Shown here: positions 13,800-24,863 of the stretch, in pieces
Layout: every line of letters begins with the position of its first letter
Position numbering within the stretch: the first letter of the stretch is position 1
NCBI RefSeq assembly: GCF_036321535.1
Contig: NC_087437.1
Location: 68,388,001 to 68,452,000 of the forward strand
DNA length: 64,000 nucleotides
Source of the DNA: Camelus dromedarius
Taxonomy: Eukaryota
Direction: 5' to 3'
The notes under the pieces: generated by a model
The model's input: the letters and a program-made list of their open reading frames with translations, nothing else
Databases searched by the model: none
What the model was told of the DNA's origin: nothing
Program-made: the position numbers and the translations under genes

Positions 13800-14230
13800 G
13801 CCTGAAAAGAAAAAGCAAGCATTATAACCAGGCTTATATAAGATGCATGTGCTGGAATAAGTGCACAGAGAGCTTTAAATAACTGTGATTAATATGTTAA
13901 AGAATCTAATGAAAAAAGTAGACTACATGCAGGAACAGATGGATAATGTGATCAGAGAGATTTAAATTCTAAGAAAGACTTGAAAAGAAGTACTAGTAAT
14001 CAAAAATAGTAGAAGAGTAATGAAGAAGGCCTTTGATGGACACATCAGTAGACTTGGCATGCTGAGGAATGAATCACTGAGCTTGCAGATAAGTCAAAGG
14101 ACTCCTCAAATAGAAATACAAACAGAACAAAAAGAATGAAAAGGAATACAATATAAACTTCAATACTATTGGACAATATCAAAGGGTAATGTCACTGGAA
14201 TACCGGAAGTATAAGAAGTGAGTGGAGCAG

Positions 14231-14355
14231 GGGGAGAGGGTAGAGCTCAGTGGTAGAACGCATGCTTACCATGCAGAAGATCCTGGGTTCAATCCCCAGT
14301 ACCTTCATTAAAGATAAATAAATAAATAACCTAATTCCCCCCCCCCCCCAAAAAG
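14231..14355 (+). mobile_element. tRNA-derived SINE, camelid Vic-1-like
   Basis: A-box-like agctcagtgg, B box ggttcaatccc at 14286-14296, (AAAT)n then C-run tail. 17-bp TSD agaagtgagtgga[g/a]cag at 14214-14230 and 14356-14372. Confidence 0.85.
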
Positions 14356-15156
14356 AGAAGTGAGTGGAACAGAAGAAATATTTGAAGTAATTATGACAGA
14401 GGACTTTTAAGAATTAAAGACAAACCAAACCACATGTCCAGAAAGTTCAGAGAACAAGCAGAATAACTCACCAAAAAACTACACCTAGGTATATCATATT
14501 CATACTGAAAGAAATCAGTGAAAGGAGCAAATATTGAAAGAAGCCAGAGAAAAATAAAACAACTTACAAGTCATAAAGACAAGAATAAGAATTATAATGA
14601 ACTTCTCATCAAAAACCATGCAAAAAAGATGATGCAATGAAATATTTTAAGTGTTAAAATAAAAAATCCTCCAACCTAGAATTTTATATCCAGTGGAAAT
14701 ATCCCTTAAAAGTGAAGGAGAAATACATTTTTTTTCAAACAACAACAAAGGAATTTATCACCAGCACACTTCTTTTTAAGAACTGTTAAAATATTTTTTT
14801 TCAGGCTGAAGAAAAATTATGCTGGTCAGAAACTTAGCTCTACATAAAGGAAGAACATTAGAGAAGGAATAAATGAAGATAAAATAAAATATTTTATTTT
14901 TCCTACTTTTAACTGATTTAAGGCATAACTGTTTAAAGTCACAGTAGTAAAAATATATTAAGAGTTTATACCATATGGGGAAATGAAATGTATGACAGCA
15001 ATGTTACAAGGGGTGAGAGAGAGGAAATGGGAATACAAGTAGAATAGTATTGTTTGAAGGTAGAAATGAATTAGGTAATAATATACACTGTAAACTGTAG
15101 GGAAATGACTCTAAAATTGTTTTAAGTATAATTTAAAACCAGAAAAGGTAGAGGGG

Positions 15157-16440
15157 GAAGACGGAGAAGATGGCAGAGTAGAAGGACGCTCGCAGGTCAC
15201 CCTCTCCCACAAATACACCAAGACCCACATCTACAGACCCACTCAGCCAACCAGAGCACCTGTGGAACTCCGACAGAACATCGCCCTCTTCAAAAGATAA
15301 AGACGCCAAAAATCTGGTAGGAGAAAAGGAAAAAAGAAAGAACAAAAGGCAAAGCAGCGCTGGACGGGTCCCGCGGGGAGGGAGCGGCAAAGGAGGACTG
15401 GCGCTCGCTCGCTGGGTCTCCCCTCTCCAACTGAGAGGCCAGCGGGACGGAGGGGGAGCCTCCAAGGCTCGGATCTGTACAGAGCAGCCCTTGACTAACA
15501 GAACTAAGTTAAAGGGGCACAGAGCGTCCCCCCGACACCCAGCCTGAGATGCGGGCCGGCAGCCGCGAGCAGGGCCAGGCTGCACAAGCCGGGCGGAGGA
15601 CGAAAGTGGCTGCACGGAGGCAGCCCCGGGGGAACGCAAGGGGCTGCACGCCGTGGCTGTGGGTGCACAGGGCAGAACAACCTGGGCCCTCCATAAAACA
15701 GCAAGGTTGATGTGCTCTTGGGGGAAGGGTGCACACCCCCATCTCTGAAAACCCGCGGAAAGTTTTCGGGGGAAGAGAGGCGGGGCTCAGGCACAGCCGC
15801 CATATCCTCCGCGCTGAGCACTCAGGCGGGAGCGGGGGCGAAACCTGCATCCGCACCTAAGGGCTTAGCAGCCTCAAAGGCCAGACTGAGACTGGCCTGC
15901 AGCCGCGGGCAGATAGGATCCTTCCATCCTGGTCCCTCAGAGAACTTGCTCCACAAAGACAAACAAAGAGCTGGGTTTTGGCTCCGAGCAGGGACAGGGC
16001 TGTCCCTAGGTCTTCCCCGAGCCCACCCGCGGAGCGCCGACCAGGACGGACGGAGAGCCGGTGGCGGAGCGCGCAGCCGCACAGAGCAGCGGAGCTACCA
16101 GCGGCGGTGCAGGTAGAGCGAGAGCGGCCCCCCGCCTTTCGGGCAGGAACACAGCCCCTGACCGAGGTGCTGGGAGAGGGCACGACCCGCCCTCCTACCC
16201 GGCCAGTCTGCAACATCTGACTGCGGCATCCGGAGGGGCAGCGACCCGCCCGCCCACAGCAGAGAGCTGCACCTGACCCAGTGTTAGGAGGAGGCGCGAT
16301 CTGCTTGCCGACAGGTGCTGGGAGCAGCACAGAAGAGGGCGCCAACGGAGGGCCTCTGAAAACAGCAAGCTGAGCTTCCAAAACAGGACGAAGACAGAAA
16401 GACTTCACATTAAAAGCACACAGACTCCAGGAGAACACCG
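15157..16440 (+). promoter_or_regulatory. L1 5'UTR internal promoter / CpG island
   Basis: The only GC- and CpG-rich stretch in the window; YY1-type core AAGATGGC at 15167-15174, at the position typical for L1 5' ends. Confidence 0.8.
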
Positions 16441-16848
16441 ACAACCCCCCCCTTTTTTTTTTTAATCTGTTTTTACCTGTTCTATTTTCTATTACTCTCT
16501 TAATCTTTACTTCTTAATTCATTTCTATTTCTCTTGGGTTTTGATGTCCTGCTATTGATTAGACACAGGTTTCAAATACATCTATTCATCTCCCCCCCCC
16601 TTTTTTTTGTAAAGGTTTCAAAAGGACGTCTCAACCCGATTAATACTCTGCTTCAACTCACTCTTCTATTATTCATTATACACTGTTTTCAAACCCTCTT
16701 TCTCCCTTCTTTTAAAATTCTTTCTCTCTCTCTCTTATTTTTTTTCTTTTTTTCTTAAGTTCTATTCCTAAATAGGCATCAGATAGATAAAATCCTTAAG
16801 GACCAAATTAAACAACTGATACTCCATAAACCACAGTGCCAAAGAGGT

Positions 16849-17764
16849 ATGAGCAAGATGAAGAAGCAGAAAAACCTTTCCCAATTAAAAGAACAACAGA
16901 AATCCCCTGAAAGAAAGATCAACGAAATAGACATCGATAGCCTACTAGATCAAGATTTCAAAAAAGGAGTGATCGAATTGCTGAAGGAATTAAAAGAGAT
17001 AGTGTTTAGAGATATAAAATATGTCAAAAATGAAATTGAAGCTATAAAGAAGAGCCAAGTAGAATGGGTAAACTCATTGACAGAGATGAGGAATGATCTA
17101 ATAGCTGTGCAAAGCCGACTAGATAATGCAGAAGAATGAATTAGTGATCTAGAAGACAGGGCAATAGAAAGCACCCATTCAGAACTACAAGAGAAGCAAA
17201 TAAAAAATAATGAAAATAGCATAAGGGACCTATGGGATAATATAAAGCATCCCAATCTTCACATAATAGGGGTCCCAGAAGGAGAAGAAAGATCAAAGGG
17301 GATTGAAAAGGTTTTTGAAGAAATCATGACTGAAAACTTCCCAAACTTAAAGAAGGAATCAGATATCCAAGTACAGGAAGCTCAGAGGGTCCCAAACAGG
17401 AAGAACCCAAATAGACTCACACCAAGACATAGCATAATCAAGATGGCCAGAGTCAAGGATAAAGAAATGATTCTAAAGGCAGCAAGAGAAAAGCAAAGAG
17501 TAATTTACAAGGGAACCCCCATAAGGCTCTCAGCTGATTTCTCTACACAAACACTACAGGCCAGAAGGGAGTGGGGAGTGGCAAGATATATTCAAAGCCC
17601 TGAATGAAAAAAAGATGCAGCCTAGGATCCTTTATCCAGCAAGGCTATCGTTGAGGATAGAAGGAGAAATAAAGAGTTTCACAGACAAAAAAAAAAAAAA
17701 AAAGCTGCAGGAGTTTAGCAACACTAAACCCATGCTAAAAGAAATATTGAAAGGGCTATTCTAA
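16849..17764 (+). pseudogene. L1 ORF1p (coiled coil-RRM-CTD), disrupted
   Basis: MSKMKKQKN..., LWDNIKHPNLHIIGVPEGEE, ILKAAREKQ, GTPIRLSADFS, ARREW, ILYPARLS. In-frame TGA at 17137-17139 and a 7-bp tandem duplication (GGGAGTG x2, 17567-17580) causing a frameshift; natural TAA at 17762-17764. Confidence 0.92.
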
Positions 17765-18170
17765 ATAGAAAAGCAGCAGGATGCTACAGAAACGAGAAAC
17801 ACACAACTGGAAAGGTGATAACTCATGAATTACAAATAAAAGTAAACATGAAATTATAAAAGAAGACATACAAATCACTGAGAGTGGGAGAGGGAGGCAG
17901 GGAAATATAGAATATTTTTTTATTTCTTTTTTCAATTTTTTTTAACAGTAGGATGGGTTTGAGATCATGTTACTATCAGTTTAATAAAAACAGTTATAGT
18001 AATGGGTTGATAGATTTACAAAAAAGGGTAACCACAAGCCAAAAATTTACAAAGGAGTCACAAAAAGTAAATAAAATCCATGATAATACAAAGGAAAATT
18101 ACCAAACCACAAAAGGAAGAAGAACGGAACAAAGAGGATATACCAATTCAACTGCAAAGATAAGTTCAAA

Positions 18171-21100
18171 ATGGCAATAAACACACATCTATCATTAATT
18201 ACTGTAAATGTTAATGGACTAAATGCTCCAGTCAAAAGACACAGAGTGGCAGACTGGATAATAAAGCAAGAACCTTCAATATGCTGCATACAAGAGACCC
18301 ACTTTAGGGAGAAGGACACATGTAGATTGAGAGTGAAAGGATGGAAAAGGATATTCCATGCAAATGGAAAAGCCAAAAAAGCAGGTGTTGCAGTACTGAT
18401 TTCAGACAAAATAGACTTTAAAACAAAGGCCATAAAGAAAGATAAAGAAGGACATTTTATAATGATTAAAGGAGTGATACAAGATGAGGATATTACACTC
18501 GTTAATATATATGCACCCAATATAGGAGCACCTAAGTACATACAAGAATGACTAACAGAGATAAAGGGGGATATTGATGGGAATACAATCATAGTTGGAG
18601 ATTTTAACACTGCATTAACATCACTAGTCAGATCTTCCAGACAGAAAATAAACAAGGCAACAGAGAAATTAAATACTACAATAGAAAAACTAGATTTGGT
18701 GGATATTTTCAGAGCATTACACCCTCAAAAAATAGGATATACATTATTTTCAAGTGCACATGGAACATTTTCCAGGATCGATCATGTACTTGGGCACAAA
18801 AGAAACCTCAACAATTTTAAGAAGATAGAAATTATCTCAAGCATCTTCACTGACCACAATGCCATGAAACTGGAAATCAACAACAGAGAAACAAAGGAGA
18901 AAAAAAGGAAAGCATGGAGATTAAACAATATGTTATTGAAAAAACAATGGATCAATGAGGAAATCAAAGCTGAAATTAAAAAATACGTTGAGACAAATGA
19001 TAATGAAAGCACAACCACTCAAAACCTATGGGACACAGCAAAGGCAGTGCTAAGAGGGAAGTTTATAGCGATACAGGCCTTCCTCAAAAAAGAAGAACAA
19101 TCTCAAATAAACAATTTAACCCACCACCTGAATGAATTAGGAAAAGAAGAACAAAAAGCCCCAAAAAGCAGCAGAAGGAAGGAAATAATAAAGATCAGAG
19201 AGGAATTAAATACAATAGAGATTAACAAGACCATACAAAAAATCAACCAAAACAAAAGCTGTTTTTTTGAAAAAGTAAATAAAATCGACAAACCTCTGGC
19301 CAAACTCACAAAGAAGAAAAAAGAGAGAGCACAAATTAGCAAAATAAGAAAAGAAAATGGAGAAATTACAACAAACAAAATAGAAATACAGAATATCATA
19401 CGAGAATATTATGAAAAACTATATGGAACCAAACTGGATAACCTAGAGGAGATGGACAAGTTTCTGGAAACATACTGTCCACCAAAACTGAATCAAGAAG
19501 AATCTGAACACTTGAACAATCCGATCACTAGAAAGGAAATAGAAATAGCAATTAAAAACCTCCCTACAAATAAAAGTCCAGGACCGGACGGCTTCACCGG
19601 GGAATTCTACCAAACATACAAAGAAGAACTCACACCAGTCCTTCTCAAACTCTTCCAGGTGATTGAAAAGGAGGGAATACTCCCAAACTCATTCTATGAA
19701 GCCACCATCACCCTGATACCAAAACCAGGCAAAGACACTACAAAAAAAGAGAATTATAGGCCAATATCACTGATGAACATAGACGCCAAAATCCTCACCA
19801 AAATTTTAGCAAATAGAATCCAACAACACATAAAAAAGATTATACATCATGACCAAGTGGGGTTCATCCCAGGGACACAAGGCTGGTTCAACATACGCAA
19901 ATCAATCAATGTAATACATCACATCAACAAGAGAAAGGACAAAAACCACATGATCATCTCCATCGATGCAGAAAAAGCATTTGATAAAATTCAACACCCA
20001 TTTATGATAAAAACTCTCGCCAAAGTGGGTATGGAGGGAACATATCTCAACATCATAAAAGCTATATATGACAAACCTACAGCCAGCATAGTACTCAACG
20101 GTGAAAAACTCAAAAGCTTCCCACTAAAATCTGGGACAAGACAAGGATGCCCACTATCACCACTCCTATTCAACATAGTCCTGGAAGTCCTAGCCACAGC
20201 AGTCAGGCAAGAGAAAGAAATAAAAGGGATCCAAATTGGAAAAGAAGAGGTAAAAGTGTCATTATATGCTGATGACATGTTACTATATATAGAAAACCCT
20301 AAAAGGTCCACACAAAAGCTACTAGAGCTGATTGAAGAATTCAGCAAGGTAGCAGGTTACAAAATTAACGTTCAAAAATCAGTTGCATTTCTTTACACTA
20401 ACGATAAATCAACAGAAGAAGAAAGTAAAGAAACAATCCCCTTTAAAATAGCACCCAAAGTAATAAAATATCTGGGAATAAATCTAACCAAGGAGGTGAA
20501 AGAATTATACACAGAAAACTATAAACCATTGATGAAGGAAATTAAAGAAGACTTTAAAAAATGGAAAGATATTCCATGCTCTTGGATTGGAAGAATCAAT
20601 ATTGTTAAAATGGTCACACTGCCCAAGGCAATCTACAGATTTAATGCAATCCCTATCCAATTACCCAGGACATATTTCACAGAACTAGAAAAAATCATAA
20701 TAAAATTCATATGGAACCATCAAAGACCTAGAATTGCCAAAACATTACTGAAGAGAAAGAAAGAGGCTGGAGGAATAACTCTCCAGACTTCAGACAATAC
20801 TATAGAGCTACAGTCATCAAGACAGCATGGTATTGGTACCAAAACAGACATATAGACCAATGGAACAGAATAGAGAGCCCAGAAATGAACCCACAAACTT
20901 TTGGTCAACTCATCTTTGACAAAGGAGGCAAGAATATACATTGGAATAAAGACAGTCTCTTCAGCCAATGGTGTTGGGAAAACTGGACAGCAGCATGTAA
21001 AACAATGAAGCTAGAACACTCCCTTACACCATATACAAAAATCAACTCAAAATGGATTAAAGACTTAAACATAAGACAAGATACAATAAACCTCCTAGAG

Positions 21101-21949
21101 GAAAACATAGGCAAAACATTATCTGACATACATTTCAAAAATTTTCTCCTAGAAGAAACAAAAGCAAGAATAAACAAATGGGACCTGATGAAACTTACAA
21201 GCTTCTGCACAGCAAAGGAAACCAGAAATAAAACAAGAAGAAAACCTACGGAATGGGAGAAAATTTTTGCAAGTGAAACCGACAAAGGCTTGATCTCCAG
21301 AATATATAAGCAGCTCATACGACTCAATAAGAAAAAAATAAACAACCCAATCCAAAAATGGGCAGAAGACCTAAACAAGCAATTCTCCAAGGAAGACATA
21401 CAAATGATCAAAAAGCACATGAAAAAATGCTCAATATCACTAATTATCAGAGAAATGCAAATCAAAACTACAATGAGGTATCACCTCACACCAGTCAGAA
21501 TGGCCGTCACTCAAAAATCCACAAATGACAAATGCTGGAGAGGCTGTGGAGAAAGGGGAACCCTCCTACACTGCTGGTGGGAATGCAGTTTGGTGCAGCC
21601 ACTATGGAAAACAGTGTGGAGATTCCTCAAAAGACTAGGACTAGACTTACCATATGACCCAGGAATCCCACTCCTGGGCTTGTATCCAGAAGGAAATCTA
21701 CTTCAGGATGACACCTGCACCCCAATGTTCATAGCAGCACTATTTACAATAGCCAAAACATGGAAACAGCCTAAATGTCCATCAACAGGTGACTGGATAA
21801 AGAAGAGGTGGTATATTTATACAATGGAATACTACTCAGCCATAAAAACTGACAACATAATGCTATTTGCAGCAACATGGATGCTCCTGGAGAATGTCAT
21901 TCTAAGTGAAGTAAGCCCGAAAGAGAAAGAAAAATACCATATGAGATAG
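18171..21949 (+). pseudogene. L1 ORF2p (APE endonuclease, reverse transcriptase, C-terminal CCHC), disrupted
   Basis: [51 protein letters not shown]. In-frame TGA at 18549-18551 and a -1 frameshift near 20783 (GGITL|PDFR). Confidence 0.95.
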
Positions 21950-23939
21950 CTCATGTGTGGACTCTTAAAAAAACCAAAAACAAACAAACAAACAAAAACA
22001 AAGCCTAAATAAAGGACAGAAATAGACTCACAGAGAATACAGACTTGTGGTTACCAGGGGGGTGGAGGGTGGGAAGGGATAGACTGGGATTTCAAAACTG
22101 TAGAATAGACTACACTGTATAGCACAGGGAAATATACACAAAATGTTATAACTCACAGAGAAAAAAATGTGACAATGAGTGTGTATATGTCCATGAATAA
22201 CTGAAAAATTGTGCTGAACACTGGAATTTGACACAACATTGTAAAATGATTATAAATCAATAAAAAATGTTAAAAAAAAAAAAAAGAAAAGAAAAGGTAG
22301 AGGGGAAAAGCCTCCGACAATGAATAGAAAAGGTTTACAATCATGGTTGATATTAATACAGATGTATCAATAATCACTTTAAGTGTAGATGATCTACATA
22401 CACAAATTAAAAAACAGAGACTTTTATAGTAGATAAATAAACACGACCCAACTATATATTGTCTACAGAAAACTCACTATTAAAGTAAAGACTCTGATAG
22501 GTTAAAAGAAAGATAACATGCTAACACTAATTAATAGAAAGTTGGGATAGTTACATTAATTTCAGACTAACAGACTTCAGAACAAGAAAAAATATCAAAG
22601 GAAAAGAGAAGTGTTAGTAATGACAAATTCTTCAGAAAACATATTAACTTTAAATGTGTATGCACCCCAAAACTGTACATCAAAATATGTAAGGCATAAA
22701 TTGATAGAACTGAAAGAAGAAATAGACAAATCCACTATTACACTTGGAAACTTCAGTATCTCCCTGTCAGTAATTGATAGATCAAACAGGCAGAGAATCA
22801 GTAAGAATGTAGTTGACCTGAATCAACTTGATTTAATTGACATTTACAGAATATTCCATCCAGTGATAGCAGAATACATATACTCCTCAAATTTACATCC
22901 TCATTTTAAGCTCACGTGGAACATTCACTAGGATAGAGTAAATTCTAGGCCATAAAACACACCTTTACAAATACAAAAGAATATAAATCATACAAAGTAT
23001 ATTCTCATACCTTAATGGAATTAAACTAAAATTTATTGAAAAATACCCAAATATGTGGAAATTAAACTTTACACTTGTAGATAACATATGGGCCAAATAA
23101 GAAATCTTAAGGAAATTAAAATATATTTTTTTTAATAAAATTAAAATGTAAATTACAGAAATTTGTGGAATACAGAGTGCAGCAAGAGGGAAATTTAATT
23201 TTAAATGTGTATATTAGAAAAGAAAAAAAAGATACAAAATCAATAACTTAAGCTTCCACCTTAGAGAAGTAGAGAAAGAATGTCAGTTTAAGCCTAAAGC
23301 AAGCAGAAGGAAAAAAAAAAATAGAGCACAATCAATACAATTGAAAACAGGAAAAAAATAGAGAAAATCAATAAAACTAAAAGGTATTTCTTTTAAATGA
23401 TCAATACATTTGATAAACTTCTAAGCAAACTAATTAAGAAAAAGAGGTATATATAGGTAATACAAAGTACCCATAGTAAGAATAAAAGAGGAGTCATCAT
23501 TACTGATTCTGTGAACAACTTTATGTCTACAAATTTGATAAGTTAGATGAAATCGACCAATTCCTTGAAAGACATAAACTACCAGAACTCACACAAGGAG
23601 AAGTAACTTGAATATCCCTTTATCTATTAAATAATTTGAATTGATAATTAATAATCCTCCAAAATGAAATCACCATCCCAGATGGTTTCACTGGTGAATT
23701 TTACCAAACATTTAAGAAATTATGTCAATTCTACACAGTCTCCTCCAGAAACAGAATAGGGAATGCTTCCTAACTCATTCTATGAGACCAGCATTACACC
23801 AATACTAAAACTATATAAAGACATTACAAGAAAGGAAACTACAGACTGATATCTATCATTAAAAGAGGCACAAAATTCTTAATGAAATACTATCAAATTG
23901 AATCCAACAATATGCTAAAGGAATTTATACACCCTAACT

Positions 23940-24052
23940 GAATTAGTTTCTGCACATAATAAATTATCACACACAGGTTGTGTTAAAACAACAGAAATTC
24001 ATTCTATTATGGTTCTGAAGTCTAGAAGCTGAAACCATGGTGTTGGCAGGAC
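23940..24052. mobile_element. MaLR (MLT1/MST-like) LTR fragment inside the old L1
   Basis: ttaaaacaacagaaattcattct...ttctgaagtctagaag...ggtgttggcagg resembles MaLR LTR ends and interrupts ORF2-like sequence. Confidence 0.55.
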
Positions 24053-24720
24053 TGTCTATCTACCTATCCGGCTACCTACATAATGCATAATATAATCAAA
24101 CAGTATAATCCACCACATCAGCAGACTGAAGAGGAAAATGCGTATAGTTATATCAATTGGTACAGAAGGACCGTATAAATACTCCAGTAGGAATGAAAGG
24201 GGAACTTTCACAATTTGATAATGAACATCTATTTAAAACCTACAGCTAACCTGATACTTGATAATGAGAAACTGAACTCTTTCCATCAAAATAAATCATA
24301 GACCTAAATTTAAAGTACAAAACTATAAACCTTGTCATCAAAAATTTAGGGGAAAATACATATATCACTTTAGTTTGGTGATGAGTTTTTAAACACACCA
24401 CCACTAGTACAATCCATAAAAGAAAATTTTGATAAAACTTAATTCATTAAAATTAAAAACATATGCTCTAATAAATACACTGTTAAGAGAATTAAAATAT
24501 GAGCCACAGACTGAGAGAAAATATTTGTAAAATGCATTATCTGATAAAGGAATTGTATTCAAAATATATAAAAAAGTTCTTAGCATTCAATAATAAGAAA
24601 ACAACCCAATTTTTAAAATGAGCCAAAGATCAAAACAGATATCTCACTAAATAAGATACATAGATGGAAATAGTATGAAAAGATATTCAACATCATTTAT
24701 CGTAAAAGAATTGCAGATTA

Positions 24721-24863
24721 GTCTTATGGTAGCTCACAGCCGAAAAACAAATGTGACAGTGAATATATGTATGTTCATATATAAATGAAAAATTGTGCTC
24801 TACACTGGAATTTGACACAACATTGTAAAATGACTATAACTCAATAAAAAGAATGTTTAAAAA
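24721..24863 (+). mobile_element. Short young L1 3' end inserted in the old L1
   Basis: Similar to the 3' terminus of the full-length L1 (22150-22270); TSD aattgca[g/a]atta at 24709-24720 and 24864-24875. Confidence 0.85.

Larger units (their letters stand above)
15157..22289 (+). mobile_element. Full-length young LINE-1 (~7.1 kb), inactivated
   Basis: CpG-rich 5'UTR, ORF1, ORF2 (EN-RT-CCHC), 3'UTR, AATAAA 22259-22264 and poly(A). TSD agaaaaggtagagggg at 15141-15156 and 22290-22305. Confidence 0.97.

Noticed and set aside
14231..14305. Possible tRNA gene
   Set aside because: Followed by an AT-rich/C-run tail and flanked by a TSD; it is a SINE head.
15133..16444. Several long ORFs (105-195 aa) on both strands of the L1 5'UTR, possible ORF0 analogues
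   Set aside because: Expected in GC-rich sequence. The two longest start at TTG rather than ATG, and the translations are low-complexity with no recognisable domain.
16950..21465. Minus-strand hydrophobic ORFs (101, 202, 118, 186 aa etc.)
   Set aside because: Antisense shadows of the A-rich L1 ORF1/ORF2.
22057..22078. Canonical G-quadruplex motif
   Set aside because: Real, but it is the ordinary G-rich tract of L1 3'UTRs.
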